Of a stretch of 64,000 bases of DNA, positions 47,711 to 58,256 are shown piece by piece. The position numbers and the translations under genes were made by a program. The notes under the pieces were generated by a model. The model saw only the letters and a program-made list of their open reading frames with translations. It was not told the origin of the DNA and searched no databases. The stretch comes from a virus (lineage: Duplodnaviria > Caudoviricetes): the IMG/VR virus record IMGVR_UViG_3300037067_009128, positions 53,326-117,325 of that record; one strand, 5' to 3'. Position 1 is the stretch's first letter. The number at the start of each line of letters is the position of its first letter.

Positions 47711-49441
47711 ATGAGTAATAAAATGAGAAAAAAACCATCAAATCCTAGAATTAAATCCACACCAACAGTTGATATAGATTCTGATTTAAAAGCTGGGTAT
47801 AAATCTGAAGAAGATCTTCAAAGAATTATAGGGAAAGCTATTGATTTACACAAACATTATCATCAAGATGATTTGTATAATCAAGTTGCTCCTGTTGATA
47901 AAGTAAGTATCTTTAATTCAGAATTTACTAAAAAGAAGATAAAAAATGAAGATGTTAAAGATATTATATCTTCTGCATTTAATTATTTTCCTGATTGTGA
48001 AATTACTCAAGAAGAATTATTTTTATTACAAAATGCAATAAGAACTAAATATAGAGATGATAATCTTTGTCAAGGAGTTGTAGATTCTTTTGTTGATTAT
48101 GTTATTGGAAGTGGAGTTACGGTTAATTCTCCAGTAAAAGAGGTTAATGATGTTTTATGTGATTTCAGAAATATGAATAAAATGGCATTAAGAGAAAGGA
48201 ATATAACGAAAGACATATTTCTTGATGGAGAATATTTTTGTTTGATTTACACAGATAAGTCTGGGAATTGTTTTTTAAGGAAAGCAGCACCTTCTATGAT
48301 AACTTCTATAGAAACATCAAGAAGAGATATAGAAGCTGTTTTATCATTTAAAAAAGATGCTGTTGAGTATGATAGTGAAGGAAATCCTTCTGGAGTCCCT
48401 TTCACTCAATATATAAAGAATATTGATTATGATAAACTTATAAAAATGACTGATTTAGGATACATTCCAAGTGTATATTCAAGTAAATTAGAAAAAAATG
48501 TTGTTTGTAAATTCTTCAAGTTATCTGAAGAAGGTGTATTACGAGGAAGACCTCCTTTGAGGAATTTCCCAAAATATGCTAAACTTTATGAAAATTTTAT
48601 TATGGATAGAATGGTTTTGAATCATGAAAGATCTAAAGTTGTGTGGATAAAGAAACTTAAAGGGAGAACTTCAGAAGAGACATCATCAACTGCTCCTAGA
48701 GGTGGTATGATGTTGGTTGAAAGAGATGGGATTGAATATAGAATTGAATCTTCAAAATTAGATTCTGCAGAAGCAAAAGAAGATGCACTACATATACTTT
48801 ATTACTTAGGTTCTGGCATAAGATACCCTTTACATATCTTAAATCAACGTACATCTGAAGAAGTTTATGCCTCGATTCGTAAAAGTGATACTCCTTTCAG
48901 TACAATGATAACTGGTTACCAATGGTATGAAGCATTAGAATTTCAAGAAATATATAAATATACTATAGAGCAAAAAGTTAAAGCAAAGAAATTAAAGAAA
49001 CAGTATACATATCCAGCATATTCTGAAGAAAGTGTTATGTTTGCATTACTTAAAGTGACTGAATTAATTGAAGATGATGTTAACAGACCTACAGAAGAAA
49101 TATTAAATGTAGTTGATGGGATTTTAAAATCTGATGGATTAAAGGATATAACTAAAAATACTCTTGAAATACCTATTTCTCAAGATTTTCCTCAAATTAT
49201 TTGGCAAGACCCAAAAGAGATGGCAGAAGTATTGAAGATCCATAAAGAAATAGGTATTGCTTCTATACCATCACTTGCTGCTAAAGCGGGATATAATTGG
49301 GAAAGAGAATTCTCTAAAATCATTATAACTCAAAAACAGTTATTAAAAAATAACATTATTCCTGATCCTAATCCACCTAAAGAAACTGGAACAGAAAAAC
49401 CTAATGGAAACAAAACAAGTAAACCTGTTAATAAGAAGTAA
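47711..49441 (+). CDS. Portal protein
   Basis: Size and position after TerL; DYVIGSG, FLDGEYF and RGRPPL motifs. Confidence 0.8.
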   Translation: MSNKMRKKPSNPRIKSTPTVDIDSDLKAGYKSEEDLQRIIGKAIDLHKHYHQDDLYNQVAPVDKVSIFNSEFTKKKIKNEDVKDIISSAFNYFPDCEITQEELFLLQNAIRTKYRDDNLCQGVVDSFVDYVIGSGVTVNSPVKEVNDVLCDFRNMNKMALRERNITKDIFLDGEYFCLIYTDKSGNCFLRKAAPSMITSIETSRRDIEAVLSFKKDAVEYDSEGNPSGVPFTQYIKNIDYDKLIKMTDLGYIPSVYSSKLEKNVVCKFFKLSEEGVLRGRPPLRNFPKYAKLYENFIMDRMVLNHERSKVVWIKKLKGRTSEETSSTAPRGGMMLVERDGIEYRIESSKLDSAEAKEDALHILYYLGSGIRYPLHILNQRTSEEVYASIRKSDTPFSTMITGYQWYEALEFQEIYKYTIEQKVKAKKLKKQYTYPAYSEESVMFALLKVTELIEDDVNRPTEEILNVVDGILKSDGLKDITKNTLEIPISQDFPQIIWQDPKEMAEVLKIHKEIGIASIPSLAAKAGYNWEREFSKIIITQKQLLKNNIIPDPNPPKETGTEKPNGNKTSKPVNKK

Positions 49442-49533
49442 TGAAGAATTTGATTTGGAAATACCTTCTGAGCTTCAAGAATATAATTTATATATAAATA
49501 CTGTAAGTAATAAGGATGTTGAGGTAAAAAAAG

Positions 49534-49899
49534 ATGGAAATTTTAGAAATACCGATTATGACCATAACCCCTATAGTTAATGGGAGTAAAAAAGAATTAA
49601 AGTTTACATGTTATCAATCAATAGAATCTGGGTCTTTATTTACAGGTTTAAGTACTTCTAGTATAGAAGTAGTACTTAAAAGAAGTATACAGTCAAGTAC
49701 AGTTTTAACCAAGAAGACAGCAAATCTAATAGGTGGTGCTGATACTCAAGTTAAAGTTAATAACGATTCTAATTTTTCTATTTTTTTATTAGACACAGAT
49801 ACTGAAGGTTTAACTAATTATACATATATTTTTATTATAAAGATAACTCTTACAGATCAGAGTATTTATAAAATGTATGTAAATGTCCCAATCATATAA
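49534..49899 (+). CDS. BppU-N-like Ig-fold virion protein
   Basis: Beta-rich; FSIFLLDTDTEGL..YTYIF pattern. Confidence 0.5.
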   Translation: MEILEIPIMTITPIVNGSKKELKFTCYQSIESGSLFTGLSTSSIEVVLKRSIQSSTVLTKKTANLIGGADTQVKVNNDSNFSIFLLDTDTEGLTNYTYIFIIKITLTDQSIYKMYVNVPII

Positions 49900-50041
49900 G
49901 GATTAAATCCATGGCTTGTAAAATTGGTAAGAAAACTAAAAAGATGAATGTTACTAAAAAACATATGACGAATTCTTCAAGGACATCTCAATTTCCAACA
50001 ATTAATAGAACTAGAACTTTGATTTTAAAAAAGAAATCAAA

Positions 50042-50323
50042 ATGAGAATAGTATTAATTAAAACTCCTGATACAGTTAATTCTTCTAATATGGCTAGAAC
50101 CGGTAAAAGTAACGGTCGTTGGAAAGGTGGAGTTTCAAAGACATATTATAGGAAGAAAGCTGGAGCTAAAACAGGTGATGGAAAAGTTGTTCATCACAAA
50201 TCTTATAAGAAAGGTGAATTAACAAAGAAATCTAATTATAAGAAATTAAGTCGTGGAGAACATAATAAAGCACATCCTGATCGTTCAAAAGGAAGTGGAA
50301 GAATAGCTAAGAAGTATAAATAA
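50042..50323 (+). CDS. Small HNH endonuclease-like protein
   Basis: NGRWKGG, VVHHK, N...LSRGEHNKAH. Confidence 0.7.
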   Translation: MRIVLIKTPDTVNSSNMARTGKSNGRWKGGVSKTYYRKKAGAKTGDGKVVHHKSYKKGELTKKSNYKKLSRGEHNKAHPDRSKGSGRIAKKYK

Positions 50324-50324
50324 T

Positions 50325-50597
50325 ATGTCTCAATATATAAATTTAACATATAAAGAAAAAAAGTTAATTCGTAAAGAATTACTTGATAAATTAGATGAAG
50401 CGTTTATTATTAATGATAATGCACAGAAAGGGATTCCTATTCATAAAGTTTTATTTTTTATACTTGATAAGTTTAATACAGGTGGGTATCATGGGAATAT
50501 TGATTTTAGAATAATGGGTAATCAAATTCATGATCCTAAAGAACAAGAAGTAACACATAAACTTGATACTATATATAATTATGATGAAGAAGTATGA
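50325..50597 (+). CDS. Hypothetical protein
   Basis: ORF in late operon. Confidence 0.6.
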   Translation: MSQYINLTYKEKKLIRKELLDKLDEAFIINDNAQKGIPIHKVLFFILDKFNTGGYHGNIDFRIMGNQIHDPKEQEVTHKLDTIYNYDEEV

Positions 50598-51181
50598 CTA
50601 AAGTAACTAAACCTTTAAATGAGTTAGATGCTATAAGGTATGCAGACCTTCTTGAGCACACTAACAATAAATCAATTCATAAATTTGATGAGACTGAATT
50701 AATTCTGGATTATATTCCGAGCGTAATGGATATTAAAGCTTATATCTTTAATGAGTATGTTACAGGAGATGCTCTTACTATTCAAGTACCTAAAGACCAA
50801 TTATTATTAAGATTTACAAATATGTTTAATTATGGAAATACATCACTAATCTGTTCTGATGGAATTACAAGAACAGTTTTGAATAATGTATTTAAAAATA
50901 TTAAAAAGTATTTAGTTTTTATATGTATCTTAAATCAAGGTCAAACAACTTCTCAATATAGTTATCCTACATTAGATGATAATAAAGGTACTTGGGGATT
51001 ATTTCAATCAATCGATGATTTAAACATACAAAATTCTGATAAACTTTGGTATGATGTTTTATTAACAGGATTACCTTCAGGTAAAATATGTTTTTGGATG
51101 GGAGTTTCTACTCAATATAATACATCAGAATTGTTAAAGAATATTAAAATAATAAATCCAGGAATGAGGTTTATTGAATGA
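50594..51181 (+). CDS. Hypothetical virion protein
   Basis: ORF in late operon; ATGA overlaps. Confidence 0.6.
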   Translation: MTKVTKPLNELDAIRYADLLEHTNNKSIHKFDETELILDYIPSVMDIKAYIFNEYVTGDALTIQVPKDQLLLRFTNMFNYGNTSLICSDGITRTVLNNVFKNIKKYLVFICILNQGQTTSQYSYPTLDDNKGTWGLFQSIDDLNIQNSDKLWYDVLLTGLPSGKICFWMGVSTQYNTSELLKNIKIINPGMRFIE

Positions 51182-51507
51182 ATGGGTTTATAGGAACATT
51201 TGAAATATTTGGTCCAAGTTCTAAATCTATAAATAGAAACGAATTTACAGATATAGATTTAATTACGGGTAATAGTAGTTTTAAACCTAATGATGTTTAT
51301 GGTATACAAGGTAATGGTATACAAGTTAGAATATTATCAAATGGTAGAGCATTACTTTGTGTTGATGATATTGTTGTAAGAAAAAGATTTTCTGCTAGTG
51401 CTCAAGTTTTTCAACAAGTAAGAGCACTTAATGGTAGGATATTTATAACAGATTGCGGTTCAGCAATCTCTCAAGGATATAAAAAAGAAAAACCAGAGGA
51501 AGTATAA
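51178..51507 (+). CDS. Tail/host-specificity protein N-terminal fragment
   Basis: G...L.VDDIVVRK...QVRALNG motif, recalled from FCB-phage tail proteins. Confidence 0.5.
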   Translation: MNGFIGTFEIFGPSSKSINRNEFTDIDLITGNSSFKPNDVYGIQGNGIQVRILSNGRALLCVDDIVVRKRFSASAQVFQQVRALNGRIFITDCGSAISQGYKKEKPEEV

Positions 51508-51926
51508 TGATTTTAGTACCTAATGTTGCTTTATTAAAAATATTAGAATTAATTTTTAAAGACACATCTCCTGTAAATCAAACTTTAAGATTATTTACTA
51601 ATGATTTAACGCCTGATGAAGACACAGTCTTAACAGATTTTATTGAAATGTCTGGGTTAAGTTATGCTGTTATTACATTAACAAGATCAGAATGGACAGC
51701 TGCTTTATCTGGAGGAGTTCCTACTATTGAGAATTTAGAGAAAACATTTACTTTTACACAAGGTACTCCAGCTACTATTTATGGATACTATGTTACATTT
51801 AATGATGGAAGTGATCGTTTATTGTATTGCGAAAGATTTGATGGGCCTAGTACTGTTGGAGCTACAGGAGATGACACAATAAAGATAGTCCCTAAAGTTA
51901 CACAAAAAACAGAGATTTTAGTATGA
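51507..51926 (+). CDS. Small virion structural protein (fibre-associated)
   Basis: LRLFTNDLTP...F.E..G..YA...TIYGYYV...LLYCERF. Confidence 0.65.
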   Translation: MILVPNVALLKILELIFKDTSPVNQTLRLFTNDLTPDEDTVLTDFIEMSGLSYAVITLTRSEWTAALSGGVPTIENLEKTFTFTQGTPATIYGYYVTFNDGSDRLLYCERFDGPSTVGATGDDTIKIVPKVTQKTEILV

Positions 51927-54900
51927 ATTATGATTTTACACCTGTTGGAGGTGTTGTTGTTGGAAGTTCTGCTTCTAAGAGTATTACCAAAAAAGTAATA
52001 GGTTCTGGAGGATTAATATCTGGTGGATCAGGTGTTGTTGGTGATTATATTTATAGATTTTTCTTTGCTCATGGTGGTCCAGGATTTAAAGTAAATGACT
52101 TGATTCATACTAGTAGAATAGACTATACAGGAAGTGGTACTCCAGTTACATTATTTGAAATCTATGGTAAAGTTACTTCAATTGATGCTGAAGGTCAAGC
52201 TTTAATAGGTATATTAAACTGGACTTCAACTATTGGGGATTATCTTGAACAGTATGGTGATTATTTAGAATGGGTAAGATTTGGTAACACTTCTGATTCT
52301 TCTAGAGCTAATCTTATAGAAATCAATTCATCCATCGGTTCTAATACTCCTTATATAAGTATTAAACAGAATATTACAAGTATTAGTGCATTAACAAATC
52401 CAGAAAATTTATTAGTTTTATTAGGAAGAACTAAAAATTATGTTGATAATCATTTTGGTACAATTCCTGATGATGGGATATTAGTAAAGAATGGTTATTT
52501 TAGAGGTTGTGTTAAAGTAGGATCAGTACAAGATACTACTGACTCTAGTGGTAATAACTGGTCAATTTCTGGAACGGGAGCTTATCTTGACAAGTATGGT
52601 AACTTTAGAGTTGGAAATGATAATGCCTATATTCGTTATAAAAAAGAAGATAGTTCATTTAAAATTAAAGCTGCAGATTTTATATTAGAGACATCACATT
52701 TAAAAATAAATTCTGTTACAGAAACTATTTTAATAGGAAGTGCATCTGCTTTTGATACTGGAGTTGGTATTTTTATCGGGAATGATTCAGGGTATAAAAT
52801 CAGAATGGGTGATCCTACAGCACAAAGATTTCAATATGATGGCACAGATATTATAATTTTTGATAAAGATGATGAAGAAGTATTCAATTCAACATCTTTG
52901 GGTGCAAATATGAGTGGCTGGAAACTTACTTCAACTGAATTTTATAAAGAATATATACATATCAATTCATCTGGTTATATTCAAAGTAAAAACCCTGTTA
53001 CACCTTTTTATGAGTATTGGAAATTAGATAATGATGGTTTAAAAATCAATATATCTGGTAATAATAGGATGATTCTTGGAAAAGCTGGGGCTTTATTTGG
53101 GATTTATATTGATTCATATAATTATTGGTATGATGATTTTGCATTTAGGATAGGGGGAGCAACTACTAATTACCTATTATTTTCTTTTGGTGGAAGCCTT
53201 ACTATAAATTCTGATACATTTAAACTTACTGCAGGAACAGATCTTGTTATTGATTCTACTGCAAAATTAATAACTTTAGCAAACAGTGCAATGAAATTTG
53301 GATATGGAGTAGGGGGTACAGGTTTACATGGTGTATATGTTGATGCAAATAATTATTGGTATTCTGATGGTACATTTAAAGTTTATACAGATGCAGATAA
53401 TTATATAAGTAAAGCTGCTACAGGAGTTGTTATAAAATCTACTTCTTTTTTATTAAAAGCAGGTAATTTAGTTTTTAATTCAACTGGGAGTATAAAATCA
53501 TATGATACTAATTATTCATACTGGGAATTAAAAGCCGATGGTTCTGGGTTTTTAGCATTAAATAATATCCATTGGGATACTTCAGGTAATTTGAGTATAA
53601 CGGGTTCAATATCAGCTTCAAGTTTTAATATTGATGAGAATAATTATTGGCATTCAGATGGTACATTTAAAATATACACTGATGCAGATAATTATATTTC
53701 AAAATCGACTAGTCTTGTTATTAAATCAACATCATTTTTATTAAAAGGTGGTAATTTAGTTTTTAATTCTACAGGAAGCATAAAATCATCATATGAAACT
53801 ACAGTTTATTGGGAATTAAAAGCTGATGGGTCTGGATTATTGGCATCAAATAATATTCACTGGGATTCTGCTGGGGCTTTGTCAGTTACAGGTACTATTA
53901 CAGGGTCTAGTTTTCAGATTGATGTTAATAATTATTGGAACTCAGATGGAACATTTAAAATTTATCATGATGCAGATAACTATATTTCAAAAGGAACTAG
54001 TTTTGTAATTAAAGCAACATCATTTTTATTATCTGCTGGTAACATTTCAATAAATTCAACAGGAAGCATTAAATCATCTGCTGGAGCTACTACTTATTGG
54101 GATTTGAAGGCAGATGGATCAGGTGATCTTGCTTTAGGTAAAATATCATGGACATCAGCTGGAGTATTATCAATTACTGCTTCTTTAAGTGCTTCATCTT
54201 TTTCAATCGATGCAAATAATTATTGGAATTCAGATGGGACTTTTCAGATTTATATCGATGATAATAATAGGCTTTCTAAAGGAACTTCAAGTTTTGTATT
54301 AAGATCTGAGAGTTTTATTCTTAAAGCAGGAAATTTGTTGTTAACTTCTGTTGGTAATATCAAATCATATTCTGGAACTACAGTTTATTGGGATTTAAAA
54401 GCAGATGGGTCTGGATTATTGGCAAGTGGGAATATTGCATGGACATCGGCAGGAGCTATAACTTTAGGAGGAACTATTACCTGGAATAGTAAACCGTCTT
54501 ACACTGCAAGTGAGGTGGGAGCTAGACCTTATGATTGGGTTCCTACAAAAAGTGATTTAGGGACTTGGACAACCTATATAGATGCTAATGGAATCTACAC
54601 AGGGACTTTAACAGCTAATCAAATAAATGTTTCAGGTATTAGTGCTTCTAATATAACAACAGGAACTTTATCTGCTGACAGAATAGCTTCTGGATCAATT
54701 ACATCTACTAAATTAAGTGTTTCTACACTTTCTGCAATTAGTGCAAATTTAGGTACAGTCACTGCAGGAAGTATTTCAGGTGTTACAATTACTTCAAGTA
54801 CTTTTGCAACAAATCCTGATGGTTATACAAGAACAAAACTTACATCAGGGACTGCTGGAATTACTTTTTATAATTTATATATTGATTGGGAATTATCAAG

Positions 54901-55699
54901 TTCAATTAGTACAGATATTAGTTCTCCAAATCGTTTAATTATGAGTTTTAGTGGTTCAGATTATTATAATTTTAGTGGACCAGTAACAGCTACATCATTT
55001 ACTGGAATACAAGTATCAGATTTACCATCACATAATCATGATACTTTATATTCAGCTATAGGACATGACCACAGTGGAGTTTACTCAGCTGTGGGACATG
55101 ACCACAGTGGAGTTTACTCAGCTGTGGGACATACTCATTCTTATGTACCTACAGGTAGTTGGACTAATGGTAATATTATTGTAGGGGCAAGTTATGGAGC
55201 AGGATTAGGAGATAGTGGTTATACACCATCATCATTTGCCACAGCTGGTCATGATCATTCAGGGGTATACTCTCCTGCAGGACATGACCACAGTGGAGTT
55301 TACTCAGCTGTAGGTCATGATCATAATAGTTCATATGTTGCAATTAATACAGCTATAACAGGAGCTACTAAATGTAAAATAACATATGATACTAAAGGTT
55401 TAGTAACATCAGGGGCAGATTTAGCCGCATCTGATTTACCTACTGGAATTGATGCTGCTAAAATAAGTTCTGGGAATGTTAGTAATACAGAATTTGATTA
55501 TTTAAATGGTGTTACATCTGCAATACAAACTCAATTAGGGGGGAAATTATCACTTACAGGTAATGGTTTAAGTAACGGAATTTTAGTAACTTCATATGGG
55601 TCAATTGGGATTATTGCTGGTTGGGCTGGAACGTTTACTGACGGAGATAGTAATGTTTACACAGTAACAGATGGAGTTATAACAGGTAAAAATTTATAA
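51923..55699 (+). CDS. Long tail fibre / receptor-binding protein
   Basis: G/S/T-rich; 96-97 aa repeats; LSAISANLG-type fibre repeats; HxH repeats. Confidence 0.8.
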   Translation: MNYDFTPVGGVVVGSSASKSITKKVIGSGGLISGGSGVVGDYIYRFFFAHGGPGFKVNDLIHTSRIDYTGSGTPVTLFEIYGKVTSIDAEGQALIGILNWTSTIGDYLEQYGDYLEWVRFGNTSDSSRANLIEINSSIGSNTPYISIKQNITSISALTNPENLLVLLGRTKNYVDNHFGTIPDDGILVKNGYFRGCVKVGSVQDTTDSSGNNWSISGTGAYLDKYGNFRVGNDNAYIRYKKEDSSFKIKAADFILETSHLKINSVTETILIGSASAFDTGVGIFIGNDSGYKIRMGDPTAQRFQYDGTDIIIFDKDDEEVFNSTSLGANMSGWKLTSTEFYKEYIHINSSGYIQSKNPVTPFYEYWKLDNDGLKINISGNNRMILGKAGALFGIYIDSYNYWYDDFAFRIGGATTNYLLFSFGGSLTINSDTFKLTAGTDLVIDSTAKLITLANSAMKFGYGVGGTGLHGVYVDANNYWYSDGTFKVYTDADNYISKAATGVVIKSTSFLLKAGNLVFNSTGSIKSYDTNYSYWELKADGSGFLALNNIHWDTSGNLSITGSISASSFNIDENNYWHSDGTFKIYTDADNYISKSTSLVIKSTSFLLKGGNLVFNSTGSIKSSYETTVYWELKADGSGLLASNNIHWDSAGALSVTGTITGSSFQIDVNNYWNSDGTFKIYHDADNYISKGTSFVIKATSFLLSAGNISINSTGSIKSSAGATTYWDLKADGSGDLALGKISWTSAGVLSITASLSASSFSIDANNYWNSDGTFQIYIDDNNRLSKGTSSFVLRSESFILKAGNLLLTSVGNIKSYSGTTVYWDLKADGSGLLASGNIAWTSAGAITLGGTITWNSKPSYTASEVGARPYDWVPTKSDLGTWTTYIDANGIYTGTLTANQINVSGISASNITTGTLSADRIASGSITSTKLSVSTLSAISANLGTVTAGSISGVTITSSTFATNPDGYTRTKLTSGTAGITFYNLYIDWELSSSISTDISSPNRLIMSFSGSDYYNFSGPVTATSFTGIQVSDLPSHNHDTLYSAIGHDHSGVYSAVGHDHSGVYSAVGHTHSYVPTGSWTNGNIIVGASYGAGLGDSGYTPSSFATAGHDHSGVYSPAGHDHSGVYSAVGHDHNSSYVAINTAITGATKCKITYDTKGLVTSGADLAASDLPTGIDAAKISSGNVSNTEFDYLNGVTSAIQTQLGGKLSLTGNGLSNGILVTSYGSIGIIAGWAGTFTDGDSNVYTVTDGVITGKNL
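53342..54480 (+). repeat. Four ~288-bp intragenic repeats in the fibre gene
   Basis: GATxxxAATAATTATTGG (DxNNYW) at 53342, 53633, 53921, 54209. Confidence 0.9.
55031..55324 (+). repeat. 33-bp coding repeats (GHDHSGVYSAV)
   Basis: GGACATGACCACAGTGGAGTTTACTCAGCTGT at 55061, 55094, 55280. Confidence 0.92.
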
Positions 55700-55735
55700 T
55701 TAAAAGTTAAAAAACTTAAAAAGGAGAAAATACAA

Positions 55736-56137
55736 ATGATTAATTTAACCAACAAACAATTATTAGATTCAATTCAAGGATTACAAGCTTTAACTAATTT
55801 GATAGATGAATGCCAAATAGGATATAAAGTTGCAAGAAAGTGTCTTGATATTGTTAATGCTGTCAATAAAGAAATTGATGAGCATTTTAATAAACATGCA
55901 AATGAGTTAACTCTGAAACATTTTGAAAAAGTTGAAGATAAAACTCAACAATCAGGATTTAAGTTTAATCCTAAACAAGAAAATAGTGAAGAAGAATATC
56001 AAAAAGAAATGAAAGATTTATTAGAAAAACAAATTGAATTGGTTAATGTATTTAAATTTACAGAAAATGAATTACAAGATGTTAAACTAAAAGCAACTGC
56101 AGTTATAGTTTTAGAACCTTTTACAATAAGAAAATAA
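55736..56137 (+). CDS. Helical protein after the fibre gene (DUF1617-like, possible assembly chaperone)
   Basis: Position and helical pattern; AAGGAG RBS. Confidence 0.5.
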   Translation: MINLTNKQLLDSIQGLQALTNLIDECQIGYKVARKCLDIVNAVNKEIDEHFNKHANELTLKHFEKVEDKTQQSGFKFNPKQENSEEEYQKEMKDLLEKQIELVNVFKFTENELQDVKLKATAVIVLEPFTIRK

Positions 56138-56138
56138 A

Positions 56139-57935
56139 ATGGGTGATTTTAATATAGGTTTAAACCAAAGTTTTGAGAAATCTTTTTCTCCAAAAAAGTT
56201 AAATAGTTTAAAACTTTGGTTACGTTCAAGTTCTGATATCACATTAGGTGATGTTAATAATCAGTACAAACTTGAAACATCGGGAAATCTAACAAGAGAA
56301 AATTCTAGTAAACTTCAGATTAATTCTAAAAATTTCAGTATTCACATACAAATCAAATGTGATTTTTTACCTGAAAGTATAATAAATCTTGTTTATCGTG
56401 ATACTCAAATATTCTTTAGATTGAATTTAAGTGGGTTAATTGAATGTGAATTAGTAGATTCTGATCTTAAGACAAGAAATAATATTTCTCTTACTAATAT
56501 ATGTGATGGTAATTATCATGATGTTGTTTTAATTGTTAATTATGAATCTGGAAATTATTTGTATATTGATAATGAACTTGAGTCTTCAGATACCATTAGG
56601 TTCACAGGTGATATCATCAACACAAATCTAATCAATATTGGCAATACTACTGAAACATCAAAATTATTTTATATTAAATTTGTAAGAATTTTTAATAAAG
56701 TTTTATCTTTATTTGAGATTTCAAATTTAAATACACAAGAGTCAATACCTGCAGAATATCAGTGGTCTGATAACGAATCATTAATCAGTAATCCTAGTTT
56801 TGAGAATTGGGATTCAATGAATGAAGTAACATTAGATGGTGTAGATCAACATATGTATAGAAATGCACCTACAAATTTAATTCCCATTGAAAGTAGTAAT
56901 TTTGACACTGATGGGATTGATTATTGGTCTACAAATAATCTTACTAAAACATATGACTCTGTTAACAAATGGATGGTATTACAAGTAAGTAAAGTTTCTA
57001 ATATACAAAATCTTTATAAAGACATTTCTGATAAAGTAAATAATAAAAAGTATAGAATTAGTTTCAAAGCTAAAACATTAGACATAGAATTAACTGATTC
57101 TGTTTTTAAAGTATCTGATTCTTCTATAATTAAGAATCCTAATTTGAATTTTTATTTTCAAGAATATATATTTGAGGGTATCTCATTAAACTCTTTGACT
57201 TCAATAAGTCTTGATGGTGGAAATAAACCTTTAAATTCAAGATTCATATTAGATGACATTGTTGTTATTGAAGATTGGGAGTTGGATTTTAATAGTCAAG
57301 AATTAGGACAGAATTACAATTTTAATAATATAGATGAACCAATTGAAGTACAATTCACTGGAACTCAATATATTGAAAAGACATTACCCAATCCAAATTT
57401 ATTTACTAATGGTAATTTTGAATCAGGAGTTAATACTGATAACATTTTGTCAACTTTTGGTATAACAACTTCTTATGATGATACTGATTCAGGAAAAACA
57501 GGAAGTTATTGTTTTAAAGGTGTAACAGTTTTATCAGAATGTGGGATTTATAAATTAAATCTATTACAAGTTGAGAAAAAATATAAATGTTCATTAAGAT
57601 ATAAATCCACATCTGATTTAATAATTTACTCTGAATTACCAGGTAGAATATTAAAACAAGAACTTATTATACTTAAACATTGTGATGATTGGAATTATAT
57701 TGAGTTTGAATTTCAAGCTGAGTATAATAGATTTGGTATATATAGTATTTTATCAGGAACATTTTATATTGATAGCTTATATTTAGGATTAAATCATTGT
57801 TTAGATATGAACGATTCTAATATTTTAAATTTTAGTAAAGATAATAACTTTGAAATCTCAGAAGTAAATGTTCTTGGGTATGATGAGAATACAATATTTT
57901 CTTTTGGTGGAGTTAATTTAGTATGGAGAGATTAA
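56139..57935 (+). CDS. LamG/ConA-like and CBM-like virion protein (opening halves of nested domains)
   Basis: LKLWL, VRIFNKVLS, NPSFE, LDGVDQ, NLFTNGNFESG, FYID. Confidence 0.7.
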   Translation: MGDFNIGLNQSFEKSFSPKKLNSLKLWLRSSSDITLGDVNNQYKLETSGNLTRENSSKLQINSKNFSIHIQIKCDFLPESIINLVYRDTQIFFRLNLSGLIECELVDSDLKTRNNISLTNICDGNYHDVVLIVNYESGNYLYIDNELESSDTIRFTGDIINTNLINIGNTTETSKLFYIKFVRIFNKVLSLFEISNLNTQESIPAEYQWSDNESLISNPSFENWDSMNEVTLDGVDQHMYRNAPTNLIPIESSNFDTDGIDYWSTNNLTKTYDSVNKWMVLQVSKVSNIQNLYKDISDKVNNKKYRISFKAKTLDIELTDSVFKVSDSSIIKNPNLNFYFQEYIFEGISLNSLTSISLDGGNKPLNSRFILDDIVVIEDWELDFNSQELGQNYNFNNIDEPIEVQFTGTQYIEKTLPNPNLFTNGNFESGVNTDNILSTFGITTSYDDTDSGKTGSYCFKGVTVLSECGIYKLNLLQVEKKYKCSLRYKSTSDLIIYSELPGRILKQELIILKHCDDWNYIEFEFQAEYNRFGIYSILSGTFYIDSLYLGLNHCLDMNDSNILNFSKDNNFEISEVNVLGYDENTIFSFGGVNLVWRD

Positions 57936-57936
57936 T

Positions 57937-58245
57937 ATGATAAAAGAATTTTCTGATTTAACTTCTGGAGTTCCAGTATTAACAGATGAATTATTAATTA
58001 GTAGGAATAATATTCCTTACAGAATTGTTATAGGTAGTACAAGTTTAACTCTTTTTTCAGTATTAGATTGTGAAGTTAATGATATGTTTGTTGTAGAAGA
58101 AGTTTTAGGTATTAAACATTGTGTAAATAAATCACAGTCTCAAATAAAAACTCTTTTAGGTATTACCACATTGGAAGGCAATTATGCTTTATCTATAAGC
58201 GGTCAATACGGATTTTATAATATTTTTAATCCTTTATCTTTATAA
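57937..58245 (+). CDS. Hypothetical virion protein
   Basis: KEFSDLT...TDELLI fibre-like N-terminus. Confidence 0.55.
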   Translation: MIKEFSDLTSGVPVLTDELLISRNNIPYRIVIGSTSLTLFSVLDCEVNDMFVVEEVLGIKHCVNKSQSQIKTLLGITTLEGNYALSISGQYGFYNIFNPLSL

Positions 58246-58256
58246 GGAAATTAACT

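Noticed and set aside
53342-54480. Fibre repeats as DGR template/variable repeats
   Set aside because: All copies are coding, differences are not confined to adenines, and no reverse transcriptase is in the window.
55061-55312. 33-bp identical repeats as a CRISPR array
   Set aside because: Two copies are directly adjacent with no spacer, all are in frame within the fibre gene, and no cas genes are present.
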